This document shows, in pieces, positions 11,344 to 24,767 of a DNA stretch of 64,000 nucleotides. Position 1 is the first letter of the stretch. Each line of letters starts with the position of its first letter. The notes below the pieces were generated by a model. The model had not been told where the DNA came from. It saw nothing but the letters and a program-made list of their open reading frames with translations, and did no database searches. Location: the NCBI RefSeq assembly GCF_009914755.1, contig NC_060938.1, one strand, 5' to 3'. The position numbers and the translations under genes were made by a program. The DNA comes from the human T2T-CHM13v2.0 reference genome, Homo sapiens.

Positions 11344-14300
11344 GGAAGTCAGGGGTGCTAGCTTTTTATCTTGAGTCCCACCAAGAACCCTTGTTAAATT
11401 TAGAAGTGGGACCTAAACCTAAGCTTATTACCTTTTTAATCAATTCAGGAGTAACTCGCTTCTCAGTTTATCTTCCATCTAGTGTAACTTGTTCACAAGG
11501 ATAACTTTTTATCTCCAGGGTAAAAGGAGAGGGGTTTAGAGCAAAAATCTTAGAGCAGACAGAAGTGAAATTTAAAAACTGATCAGCTAGTATTAAATTT
11601 CTGTTAATTCTGGAAGCAGGGACAAATCTATTAGGAAGAGATTTAATGCTAAAATTAGGCTTAGGCCTCCAAATCAATCATGGAAAATTTCTCCCCTCCC
11701 TAAATTTGCTCACCACCACAGACAAAGAACACATTCATCCCGAGGTATGGTCAAAAGACGGGAATCGAAGAAAGTTACAGATTCCTCCGATTCACGTTAA
11801 ATTAGAAACCCCTGGGGAAGTAGTAGAGAAAGCAATATCCTATTCCTTTAAAAGCCAATGTAAATTTAAAACCTATAATTGATAATTGAAGGTCTTCTAC
11901 GTGATGGGCTTCTTAAACTCTATATGTCTCCCTGTAACACTCCAATACTGCCTATAAAGAAGCCAGACGGGTCCTACCGGTTAGTGCAAGACCTTAGCGC
12001 TGTTAATCAGATAGTCCAAACCACCAACCCTGTTGTTACTAGTAATTGCCCTTGTCCTAGCTTTTCTCTCCCTAGAACTGCCCTTTCATCTCTCTGTCAG
12101 TGTAAACAAGGGTGTAGTCTTAGAAGTACTTACCCCAAACACAGAAGCCACTGGCAACCTGTAGCCTTCCTATCAAAAATCCCTAACCTCGTAACCCGCG
12201 GATGGCCCAAATGCATTCAATCTGTAGTGGTAACTGCTTTGCTAACAGAAGAATGTAGAAAAATAACTTTTGGAGGAAACCTCATTGTGAGCACACCTCA
12301 CCAGGTCAAAACTATCCTAAGTCAGAAAACAAAAAGGTAGCTTACTGATTCAAGAATCTTAAAGCATGATGCTATTCTGTTAGAAAAAACATGATTTAAC
12401 ATTAACCACTGACAATTTGTTTAACCCAGCAGGTTTCCTAATAGGAGATCCAAATCTAAAGAAAGAGCATACATGTTTAGATTTAACTGATTACCATACA
12501 AAGGTATGACCAGACCTAGGAGAAACTCCTTCAGGACAGGACGACACTTATTTATAGACAGTTCCTCCCAGGTGGTTGAGGGAAAAAGACACAATTGGCA
12601 TTCAGTAATCGATAGAGAAACTCTTATAGAAATAGTGTTAGGAAAATTGCCTAATAATTGGTCTGCTCAAATGTGTGAGCTGTTTGCACTCAGCCAAGCC
12701 TTAAAGTACTTACAGAACCAGGAAGGAACCATCTATACCAATTCTAAGTACGCCTTTGGAGTGGCTCACACACTTGGAAACATTTGGACTGAATGAGGCC
12801 TTATTAATAGCAAATGCCAAGACCTGGTCCACAAGGAATTAATCACCCAAGTATTAAATAACCTTCAGTGCCAAAAGAAATAGGTACTGTCCACGTCCCT
12901 GGACACCAAAAACGCCTTTCTTTTGAAAGCTGAGGAAATAACCTAGCAAATCAGATAGCCAAACAGGCTACCGTTCCTTAGCTGTACAATTGGCCTGCTT
13001 TGCAGCTAGGTAAAACCCAGGACACATGGAGTTAAATGCTAGAATGGGCCAGACCTTATCTACACTTCTGTCTAGGTCCTAAGCTCTAAACCCAGCACAT
13101 AATTAAAATCCCAAACTTCCAAGGTTTTCAACAAAAGTAAAGTTTGCTAAAAGTTAACAGTGTAACATGTATCATTCTAACTTCTAACCTTGTGGCCTTA
13201 GGCAGTCTAGTCCACAGACATGAAGGAAGTTTGCTTTGGAAAAGAATGGTTATCATCTTTGACATTAAAAAAAGAAGAGTTTATGTAGAAAGAATCTTAT
13301 ATGGTAAATTCTTATCCTAAAATAAATTGACTGGTTGTTTAAAGAAAGGGATGTTTACAACAAGTCAGAAAGTTAAGGCATGTCAAAGATTGTCTGTGGA
13401 AGTCATGAAAAATGTTATTAAAGAGAATTTATGCAAGAAATGTTGCATAATTTAAAAGTAGGCCTCCTCGCTGTAAAACTTTTGAAGAAACAGTTTATGT
13501 GCAAGGTGTGTAAGGAAAGTAAAATATACTTTTGGTAAAAGAATTATAAGGAGGCATAAGAATGTGGATTTTTACCTACATTAAAAGGTTAAAATTGTTT
13601 TGAAGGTTTAAGCAAGTTTTGAAACGTTAATTGTAGAGGAAGTTCTGTGTGTAAACATATTGGCTAAAGTTAAAGGGGTATCATCCAGTTTTTCTGTAAA
13701 CAGGACATTTAAATAAAAGCACAATGGGTTTTTCTTAAAGCACTAACTTGTTCTTTAACAAAAATTATAAAGGGTTAAAAAGAGTCGCTAAAAATCTTAC
13801 CTTATGGTTAGACATTACAATTGGATAAATATGTCTACAAGATTTTATTAAAATCGAGTTTAACATTAATAGCACACTAATAGAAAGGTGAAGTTTAGCT
13901 GATCTGGTATAAAACCATACAGGAAGCATTGTCGAATATAAAATGCTGTTTGGCTTTCTTTGGTCAAAAAACTAATAAGAAATAGGTGCTAAAGAGAATT
14001 CAGAAGGAAAATGGATATTGCCAGACCAGAAAGAAGTGTTATCCAAACCCCTCATGAGGGAAATCTTGTTCCAACTGCATTAAGGGACCCACTGGGGGCC
14101 CCAAGCCATGTGTGATGCAGTCCTCAGGGTTTATGGGTGCATAGGAATTTATAACCTGGCCAAACAGGTTGCAGACATTTGCTCAGTATAAAAGAAAACC
14201 AATAAACAAACTATAAGATTACCCCTTGGGGTAGGAGTCCAGGCTTAAGGCCATTTCAAAGGATCCAGATTGATTATGCAGAGATGCCTCCAATTGGTCG

Positions 14301-15073
14301 TCTAAAGTATTTATTAGTAATAGTAGATCATCTTACTCATTGGGTAGAAGCTACTCTCTTTTCAAGTACAACTGCTAATAATGCAGTCAAGGCATTAGTT
14401 GAAAATATTATACCCAAGTTTAGATTAACAGAAAACATTGATTCAGATAATAGGACTCATTTCACTGCACATGCCATTAAGAAATTAGCCCAGGTACTAG
14501 ATATAACATGGGAATATCATACTCCCTGGCACCCACCTTCATCAGGAAGAGTGGAAAGAATGAACGAAACTGTTAAAAAGCCGCCTAGCTATAGTCTTAG
14601 AGACTCGGGTGCCATGGACTAGATGCCTTCCCATTGCCCTGTTGAGAATCCAAACTGCTCCTTGGAAAAATGTTGGCTTAGCCCCTTATGAAGTGTCATA
14701 TAGGTTGCCCTGTTTGTACTCCACTGTTGACCTTCCCACTTTCAAAACAAAAGATCGATTTCTCAGAAGTTATGTACTTGGTTTATCTTCCACTTTCTCT
14801 TTCCTCAGAACTAAAGGTCTTTTAGCACATGTACCACCCCTAGAGTTTCCAATACACCAGCATCAGCCTGAGGACCACATCCTCATCAAAAGTTGGAGGG
14901 AAAGAAAACTCGAACCGGCTTGGGAAGGACCCTATCTAGTGCTTCTAAACACCGAGACGGCGGTTCGAACAGCAGAGAGAGGATGGACTCATCCCACCTG
15001 GGTCAAAAGAGCACCACCCCCTCCAGAATCTTGGGCAGCTGTTTCAGGGCCAAACCCAACCAAGCTAAAGTGA
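11344..15073 (+). pseudogene. pol: ERV pro-pol remnant (RT core deleted, interrupted by a ~1 kb insert)
   Basis: Protease FLINSG and NLLGRD; RT start PIKKPDGSYRLVQDL; RNase H LFIDSSS and TIYTNSKYAFG; integrase LLVIVDHLTHWVEA, IDSDN, SSGRVERMN, WEGPY. Confidence 0.92.
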
Positions 15074-15079
15074 AAACAG

Positions 15080-17040
15080 GCTTGATCCTCTTATATTGCA
15101 TCTCTTTCTTTTCCCCTTCTATTGCTAGTCCTCTTGTTATTAATGTAACTAGGTCAAGTTCACCCCAAACCATTACTTTTGATGCTTGCCTTGTGATGAC
15201 CTGTGGAGATTTTCCAAACCAGAGAAAACTCTCCACTTCAAAAAAGCTCCTTTATCCTTCCTAGCTCTCCTCAGACTGGAAATCTGTTAACTGGGATAAG
15301 TTAGTTTGGGAGGAGTTTGACGAAGATTCCAGTATGAACTGGGAATCTTGTCCTCCTAGAACACAGCTTCTCTGATGAAGTTGGTCCAATGCTCTATAAA
15401 ATACTAAAGAAGAAGGTTGGACCACCCCAACTAGTATTTGCAGTTTCCTAAAACCATATATTCATTTTACTAAAGGAGTTTACCCTCCCCTTTGTCAGCT
15501 GAGCCAGTGTAATCCAGCACAGATGACCATCTCTGCTCCCCAGAGTTCTTCCCCTTTATTAGGCCATTTCTGTGGTGTAGAAGCAGAAGTCTCAGGGAAG
15601 GACCCCATAGGATCTTTTGAAATGTGCTTCATTGCCTTGTCACCTCCTGCACCCCCTTCTCCCTCTCCTAAGTTCTCTGCTAACCAAACCTTCTCTTGTT
15701 ATATACCCAATGATAAAACCAAAGTAGCTGTTGTAGAGGTTAAAGATTTAGAACAAACTATAGCAATTGAAACAGGGTATCAGGATGCAAATACTTGGCT
15801 GGAATGGATTAAATATTCTGTTTGCATGCTAAACAAAACCGTCTGTTATGCTTGTGTGACAGGCAGGCCAGAGACCCAAACTGTCCCCTTTCCACTTGTG
15901 TGGTCCTCTCATGGACCAGGCATGAGCTGTATGGTAGCTCTCTTCTAGAACCCCACAGCCTGGGGCAATGAGTCATGCAAGACTCTTTCACTGCTGCTCC
16001 CTGAGGTCAAGAGCCCTGCGGGTCAGCCCCCGAGGGCCATCCGGCCTCCAGCCCCTGATGTTAACTTCACCTTATGCCTTTCACGGCGGGAGGAAAAGTT
16101 AGCATTCCTTGGAGACTTAACAGGGTACAGCAAAACCAAGCCTTTTCAAGAGCTTACCAATCAGTTTGCCCTTGTTCATCCTGGAGCAGGTGCATGGTGG
16201 TATTGCAGGGGACTATTGCTGGGTACTCTGCAAGTAATTAGAGCAGCACTTGTGCTGTAGTCCAAGTGGCCATCCCTTTCACCCTAGCATTCCGTCAATA
16301 TGATTAAGAAAATCGTAAAAGAAGAAGTGTTCCACATGGGTCCTTTGACCCCCATGTTTATGTAAATGCTATTGGAGTTCCTCAAGGAGTACCAGACAAA
16401 TTTAAAGCTCAAGATCAAATAGCTGCAGGATTTGGCTCAATATTTTCGTGGGTGACAATAAAAACGTAGATTGGATGAATTACACCTATTATAATCATCA
16501 GTGGTTTGTTAAATACACCAGGGATGCTGTCAAAGGAATAGCAGAACAATTGGGGCCCACTAGCCAGATGGCCTGGGAAAACAGAATGGCCCTAGATATG
16601 ATATTAGCTGAAAAAGGTGGTGTGTGTATTATGATTAAAACTCAGTGTTATACCTTTATCCCAAACAACACTGCCCCCACTGGGAGCATAACAAGGGCCT
16701 TACAAAGACTTACCGCTTTATCCAACTTGTTAGCTAAAAATTCTGAAGTCAATAACCCTTTCTCAGGATGGCTAGAAAAGTAGTTCGGTAAATGGAAAGA
16801 AATCATAGCCTCAATTCTTACTTCTCTTGCAGCTGTAATAGGTGCACTCATTCTTGTTAGGTGTTGTGTCATACCCTGCATCCGTGGGCTGGTGCAAAGA
16901 CTTATAAAAGCAGCACTTACTAAAACCTTCCTTAACTCTCCTCCACCTTATTCAGATCAGCTTTTTTCTTTTAGAGGATTCAGTCGAGCAGCAAAGCCAA
17001 GACATGTTAAAAAGATTTGAAGAGGAAGGACTATGAAAAT
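15080..17040 (+). pseudogene. env: ERV env remnant (SU and TM)
   Basis: Signal-like hydrophobic start, CYAC motif, furin site RKRR|S near 16314-16328, immunosuppressive domain ENRMALDMILAEKGGVC, CX6C(Y) and TM helix; multiple stops and frameshifts. Confidence 0.9.
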
Positions 17041-17055
17041 TGGAAGGGGGGAAAT

Positions 17056-17701
17056 TGTAGGATATAATAACTTCCTCTTCAGAGGTTTTAGCCTGTAAAT
17101 TGTTAAGTACAATGAGTTCTGAGATCCTCTCCAAAGAACCAACGTATCAGTACGTTCAGCTCCCCTGTTCTTTGCTCTTCATTTTCAAGGTTAACTTCTT
17201 CGTTCTCCTCGTCTCCTTGCCCCTAGTCTCAGTAAACAATCCGCCAGTTCTAATCAGTAGTTCACATCTGTTCCCCTGGTCACCTGCTCCATCCTGAGGC
17301 ACTCCTGGTCACCTGCTCCGTCCTGAGTCACCCCTGGTCACCTGCTCTGACCTTAGTCATCCTTGGTCACCTGCTCTGTTCTTAGTCATCCTGAGTCACC
17401 TGTTCTGTAACTGTCCTTCCTGCAAACCACTCACCCCACCACTCTGACTCTCTTTAAAATAGCCAATAGGAATTAGCTTAGACCGTGTGGTCCAGCCCTA
17501 GCCAATAGGGGAACAACACAGCAGTAGGCACTACCTGCATCAGGGATAAGAACCCCTTCCTCTCCCTTGTTCAGGTGTGCTCTCACCATTGCTCCATCTA
17601 TGAGTCACACCCTTCTATAGAAGTAAAATTGCCTTGCTGAGAAAATTAAATTTATGTTCGAGTGCTATTTCTTTTACAGCACTGAAAATTTATTTCTAAC
17701 A
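17056..17701 (+). mobile_element. 3' LTR (LTR10 family)
   Basis: TGTAGGATAT...TTTCTAACA; colinear with 9231-9877, about 10% different by manual count. Confidence 0.92.
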
Positions 17702-18407
17702 CTATTTTTTTAAGAACAAGGATAAAATTAGCAACTTCCATAGTATCACAATAGCAGATTTTATTTATGAGGGTTAATGACAGGTACCAAAATCAAATAA
17801 GCAAGCAGGTTTGCTGGGGAGAATTTCTCCTGGTTTTCCTTCCTCTGCAAATGTCTTTATTTCATCTTCATTCCTGAAGGAAATTTTCAGTGGATAAAGA
17901 ATTCTGTGTTGACGGTTTTCTTTCAGCAGTTAACAAACGCCATCCCACTGCCACTGACTCATGGGCCTGTGAAAGAAATCTGCAGTTGTCAGAGTTATTG
18001 TTTCCATAAAGGACAAGAAAGGACAACCACTAACACACGAGAGGGAAAAGAATTTTCTCCATTCTTTCTGACCTGTAGGGCCCCTGTTTCCTGTCTTTCA
18101 GACTAGAAACAGAGGGCTTGCCTTGGGATTTTTCTGTGCATAGTCAATATGTAATTCCAGGTTTTCAGCTGCCTTTGAGGTCAAATTGGAAGATACTGGA
18201 GGGAAAAGAAGAAAGATGGGTGTCGAATGAGACTCGCTGCTGATACAATAATTCTTTCAGTTCCAGCTTCCTCCTCCAGTCAGCCTGTTACCATCCACTT
18301 CCAGGAATCCTGAGGGCTGCCCCCTGTCTCCTGTCCAGGGCTTCCGTTTCACTCACTTCTTGGAGCCCCAGAGGAATGTACTTACCTAGTCTTGACCCCA
18401 GTCATGT

Positions 18408-18736
18408 TTTATTTTATTTATTTATTTATTTTTTAATTAATTTATTTATTTATTTTGAGATGGGGTCCTGCTCTGTCACCCACGCTGGAGTGCAGTGGCG
18501 TGATCTTGGCTCACTGCAACCTCCACCTCCTGGGTTTAAGCAATTCTCTGCCTCAGCCTCCCAAGTAGCTGGGATTACAGGTGTGCACCACCACGCCCAG
18601 CTAATTTTTGTATTTTTTAGTAAAGACAGGGTTTCACCATCTTGGCCAGGCTGGTCTTGAATTCCTGACCTTGTGATCCACTTGCTTTAGCCTCCCAAAG
18701 TGCTGGGATTACAGGCGTGAGCCACGGCACCCAGCC
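18408..18736 (-). mobile_element. Alu (AluS) with (TTTA)n tail
   Basis: Reverse dimeric Alu consensus sequence. Confidence 0.95.
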
Positions 18737-19139
18737 CCCAATTGTATTTCCATAGATTCTTCTCTGACACATTGTAAGTTCCATGAGGGCAGAGACCGCA
18801 TTTGGCTTATTATCATTCTTATTATTCATCTTCTGGCCTTAGTTCAGTGTTTTTTGCACAGGAGTTACCCCTTAAAAATTCACTGAATCAATCAATCAAT
18901 AGCAAACCTTAAATTAGATGACATTTTAAAGCAACTTACACAATGCTTGCCCATAAAGATGTTCGATATCAATAACTGATAACGTCTATTATTGCCTGCA
19001 GAGACTTGAAGCCTGCCAGGTCTAACTTGTTTAGTTTCTAACCAGTTAACACAGAGGCATTTGACACAGAGCGAAGAACTCCTGCAAGTCAATAATCTAT
19101 GTAAACAAGTGAGACACCGCTCCAGAAATGTTATCCACA

Positions 19140-19620
19140 GCCCCAAGAAAATCAGCATTTATTGTGCCAAATCTTGTACATAAAAATACAAGAACTGTTT
19201 TGCATACACACACAAATACAAACAGTATCTAAATTGAAATTCTTGAAAGTGTACTTTTTCCATTTCTTATATTATTTCAGCCAACAGAAGGAAACTTACA
19301 TCTTTCAGGGGGAACCCTTAGTACCGAATACTTTGAAAAGATGATGCCCATTCTTTTCTGCAAAAATTATATTGCAGAACCCCTCCCTGCCCCAAGGCAG
19401 GGCGTGCACGTTGCACAGCTCCAAGAGGATTCCCATGATAGTCTTCTGTGAATGGTGTGGAACCAGGCTCAGGCAGTCTGTGACCTGTCCAACAGCAATC
19501 ACATCTCCAGTCCAGCCTTCTTCACCTTTTGCCAAACTAATGAGTACCTCTCAGTGGTAGAAACTAAACTGGAACCATTGCCAGAGAGCCTGGGAAATGG
19601 AGCTTCCAGACTTCTAATCC
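19140..19620 (-). ncRNA. Candidate terminal exon of a minus-strand transcript
   Basis: Acceptor CTTCTTGCAG| at 19621; U/UG-rich tail with UGUA elements; AATAAA at 19158-19163; non-repetitive. No expression data. Confidence 0.4.
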
Positions 19621-20142
19621 CTGCAAGAAGACCTCAGAAGGTCAGGTAGAGGATGGAGCAGCAACACACTATCTGCTATGTTTACTGAGACGGTCATATC
19701 GTCGGTCTCTTTTAACTGTTATTGCAGGAAATTACACTGATAGGTTCCCTAACCTCGAACCATCTTTTCATTCCTAGGAAAAATGTGATCTTCTAGTACA
19801 TCGCATTCTTGTATTTGCTCATGTTTTAGTTGGAATTTTTTTGTATCATTTGCACAAGTGGGGTGGCGTATATATTTTCTGCACTAGTTATGTCTGGATT
19901 TGGTGTCAGGGTAATACTAGCTTTATTGAATGAGTTGGAGATCATCTTTTTATATTCTGTGGAATAGCTTTTATAAGTATAATATTAATATGAATGTCAT
20001 TATTCCTTAGAAATGCAGAATATGCCTGCACAGCAGTGTGGGCCTGTAGTCCTCTGATTACCCTTCCATTTTTTTCTATGGGTTATCCTTCTCTTTAGAC
20101 TTTTCCCCTTCTTTAGATTTTTTCTCCTCTTCTGAATTTTAG

Positions 20143-20454
<312 letters not shown>

Positions 20455-20799
20455 TTCATTTTCTTTTTAACCCAAGTTATCTAGAATTTTTTCAAATTTG
20501 CAAGTAGATAGATTATTTTTTAATATGGCAGAGATATCATTTGTCAATCCCGACTGCGATCCTTGACTCCTTCCTGCTTTAGGGACCAGGCCCTCTGTTC
20601 AGCATGGCAGTGCGTCCTGCTCTCAGGCCTGGCTCCTGCTTCATTTAAGGTGGAACTCCTGCTCTTTTTCGTCAGATACTTAATTTCCCGGCCTCCCTTG
20701 AGATTGTTGTGGCTACGTGGCCTCATGTGGCCTCTTTCTTCCTGCTTTGGCTGTGAAAATACAACACCTGGAGTTAAAATAAAACTTAGAAAGTAAGCA

Positions 20800-21010
20800 C
20801 AGACTATGGGCTATGCCTGAGCTTAACTCCTGGCTGTACCAATTATTAGCTGTATGACTTTGGACAAGTTACTGAATCGCTCTATGCCTCTATTTTCCCA
20901 TCTGCAAATGAGGAAAAATTACACCTAGCTCATGGACAGATGTGAGCATGTAATGTATAACAATACGTCAGGGGCTCAGAACAACAATTGGCACAAAGCA
21001 AGTCATACGA
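20800..21010 (-). mobile_element. MIR SINE
   Basis: Core TAGCTGTATGACTTTGGACAAGTTACT...CCCATCTGCAAATGAGGA. Confidence 0.75.
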
Positions 21011-21524
21011 ACTATCATTATCTTCATAATAATAATAGTTATTAATACTAGTATAATCATCATCGTCATCTTGGGACCATGAGGCCAAGACAATGAGAAT
21101 ACAGAGCAGAAGGAACGGGCTTGGATTCTTCATGAGGATGTTACACAGAGCCTGGAAAATGTACCTCTAGACATTCAATAAACAATACATATCGTTACTT
21201 TAGCTCCTCTGTTAATTTTTATTGGATGTGTTCTAATCAGTATGCCTCATTACGTTTTTCACTAATTCAGAAATTGATGCCAGGCACTATTCTAGGCTTT
21301 GGGGCTATAGCCACGAACAACAACAACGAAAACCCTCCGCCTCTTAGCGCCGACATTCTTTGGATACTAATTTCTAATTGTCTTCCGTTGAAGTCAGAGA
21401 AATTAGCCTAGTGAATTCTGCCTTGGGGACTTGGCTGAGATTTTGTTCCTAACAGGATTTTTGTAAATATTCCACAGGTGTTTGAAAAGAACACATACAC
21501 ACGCTCTTAGTATATGAGGAGTGA

Positions 21525-21844
<320 letters not shown>

Positions 21845-22009
21845 CAGGTTCATTTTTTCACATATGGATGTCCCATTTTTCCAATACCATTGGTTAAACC
21901 GACTACTGACTATTCCCCCATTGAATTGCTGTTGCATCTTTGTCAATCCAAATGGCTGTATTTCTGGAGGAGAGGGGAGGAAAAAGAAAAGGCAAATAAC
22001 GAAAATGTG

Positions 22010-22670
22010 CACCAGAAAAATACCAAGTGTTGACCAAAATGTATGGCCAAGATGTACCCAAGCAGGACTCTCCCTCCTGGCCGTTGCAAACTGTCATGGC
22101 CTTGGTTGCATCTGTCTGTTAAAGATTAACGAGCCCTTGGCCTTAGCATGTCATTCCCAGGTATGCCCTCCAGTAGACACGCTCACAGACATGCAACAAA
22201 AAGTGTAAACTACAATATTCCCAGCAGCACTGTTTGTAATAGCCCCAAACTGGAAGCTAACTACGTGTTCCTCATCAGTAGAGTAGATAAACTGTAGTAC
22301 ATTCATGCATTGGATTACCATATAACAACCAGAATGAAGGATTGAAAACCACAGGCAAGACTGTGGCTAAATCTGACTAAATGACTAAATGTTGCAACAA
22401 AAGAAACAGGCGCGAAGAAGGCACATACTGTGTAGCTCCGTTTATGTAAAGTACAAGAACAGGCAAAACTGCTCTGTATCATTGGAGGGCAGGCTAGTGA
22501 TTTACCGTGGTGGGGAGCAGGGGAGTGGGGCAATTTCAGAGGTTATGGGATATTCTGTCTCTTGATCTGGATGCCAGTTACACAGGTGTGTTCCGTCAAT
22601 GAAAAGGCATCAAGCTGTACACTCCTATGCACTTTTCTGCCTATGTATTATATTTCAAAGAAACGTTTAG
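22010..22670 (+). mobile_element. Old L1 (L1ME-like) 3' end
   Basis: TGTTTGTAATAGCCCCAAACTGGAA and TCTTGATCTGGATGCCAGTTACACAGGTGTG...GCACTTTTCTG motifs. Confidence 0.7.
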
Positions 22671-23697
22671 AAAAGAGAGAGAACAGGAAAGGTAGTACTT
22701 CTCTGGAAGAAAATAGCTAAAGACCTTCACAGTAAGAATAAAATCAGCCCCATTTTTGCAAACAGGGGTGCAACACGCCTGCCTGCTCCATAAACAAGTG
22801 TCAAAGCCAAGCCCTCTGGCAGGCCCTCCCCACACAGTTATCATTAAGTTTCAGGTTCTAGAGGGTTACAGAGGTTGCTGGCAATGAGGCACAGGGCAGG
22901 ACGTGCCTCTCATGAGCTTAAAATCTTGCTAAAAGAGAGGCCCCCCCACCCCATCGCACCCTCCAAAGCTGAAAGCACAAGGTTCCAAGTAATTCAGGGT
23001 CCCCGTGGTAAGTCTCAGCTCAGAGTCACGGGAATTCTGCTTGAAGACCCACATGTTTCCTGCCTAACACATTGTCGTCATGAGATTGTCTGCACCAGGA
23101 GGACACAGCTCTTTTTAAAACCAGTCATCTTGGACCGCACCACTAAGGCAGTGTGTCGTTAAGGCAGGCTGTGGACACCAGAGTGGTTGTTAAGGAGCCA
23201 GGCTAAGAAGAGCTTAATGTATATGTCTGTCTATAGTATTGACATTTCGTGCAATTTCCAGAGCAGCACAGGGCCCCTGCAAACTCCTATTGGGAGGAAG
23301 GAAATTGTCTTTTTTCTTTATGAGAGTGGAAAATTGTTCATTCTCTCCAGGAGAAGCCACAGGAATTAATATTCTCAAAGGCACGGAAATGGCCTATAGA
23401 TAGGAGTTTTGCCTGCCTCCTCTCTCAATCTCTCTCTCATTCTTTTTCTCTCTCTCCACTGCCCCCTTCTCTTTCTCTCTCCTTCCTCCCTAGTTCAGAA
23501 TAGGGATGGTGAAAAACTAGGCCTGTATCCTTCAATATTATTAGCAGAGATCAGGGACAGAGAAAACTCCCACTCACCACCCTAGACCCACACGTATGCA
23601 TCAGGAACATTCTAGCTTCAGAGGTGGAAAGCAGGCATTAAAGAGTGAGGTGAGACTAGGGCTATAAAGCTTTCAATCATCAAGAATTAGTTAACTG

Positions 23698-23835
23698 GGC
23701 TGGGTGTCATGGCTCGCACTTGTAATCCCAGCACTTTAGGAGGCCAAAGTGGGAGGATTGCTTGAGCCAGGAGTTTGAGACCAGCCTGGGCAATATAGCA
23801 AGACCCCATGTCTCAAAAATAAATAAATAAATTTT
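23698..23835 (+). mobile_element. FLAM / Alu left monomer
   Basis: GGGAGGATTGCTTGAGCCAGGAGTTTGAGACCAGCCTGGGCAATATAGCAAGACCCC followed by an (AAAT)n tail. Confidence 0.9.
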
Positions 23836-24767
23836 TAAAAAAAGATTTAGTAAACTGTCAAAGCACCTAGATATCAACTTTCTTAATAAGCCATGCCATA
23901 TAGCTGTCACTTTGGAATCAGGATGTTAAATAATAATACATAGTTGTTTTAATAAAGATTCTCATTTTTGCTATAAAGGAAAATATCTAGTATTGCCACT
24001 AGAAATACACCACAGAGTCAACTTAGAACCACTGTTCGAGATGAGGAACGATGCTTAGGCACTGTCTGCATTTCCTGGTATCTTGCCCTTTCTGTAGCGA
24101 AGTCTGATTGAATTGACAGAGGCTTAAATACCGAAAATGCCAAACAAAGCATATGAAATAGGGACAGTGTCCTGACCCCTAGCTACACTGTAAACAACGT
24201 GGGAGATGAAGGGGAGGAAGCTACGGAGTTCACTGGAGGGTGCCGCCCCTGGGGCCTTCCACCTCACCCCCACCAGGACTCTGAGACGGGAGCTGCCCAC
24301 CTCCACTCACAGACAGGGCAGCCCGAGCTGCGAAGGGTTTTGCCAGAGAGCAGAACTGAGTTAGTGACTGAGAGAGTCCACACTTTTGGCCTCTAATTCT
24401 GAAGCCAGTGTGCCTGCCTATGATATCCCCACCCGGCTGTCCCCTTAGAAAATCAGCTGGTATCAAATAACTCTTCAGGTGATCCAGACGGTTCTGGATC
24501 CAACAGGATCCGCAGAGGCATGCCGAGAGGCCCAGAGCCTTGGCCGCCCCCGTGGGAGCCGGCCTCCGGGAAGACCCGCTCCACCTTCTCCTTCTGCCCG
24601 ACGGCTCCAGACCCTCCCAGGCATCCAGAGTCCAAGGGTAGCTCTTGTTGACTTCGTTCTAGTAAGAGATCAGTTTGCTGAAAATAAATGAATAAATAAT
24701 AAATAAATAAATAAAAGCTCATTATCCAAAAGTGAACATTTTCAAAAGCCTCACAAGTGGGTCTCAC

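Larger units (their letters stand above)
9231..17701 (+). mobile_element. Class I ERV provirus of the HERV-IP (HERVIP10)/LTR10 group with both LTRs
   Basis: Two ~647-bp direct LTRs with TSD CTAT (9227-9230 and 17702-17705), degenerate tRNA-Pro-type PBS, gag-pro-pol-env remnants and a polypurine tract GGAAGGGGGGAAA before the 3' LTR. Confidence 0.93.

Noticed and set aside
11430-11455. D-to-N change at the protease active site in both proviruses as targeted APOBEC editing
   Set aside because: Both read ATCAAT, which is simply explained by CpG decay of ATCGAT.
15080-17040. Domesticated syncytin-like env gene
   Set aside because: Broken into several short frames by stops and frameshifts; CX6CC is mutated.
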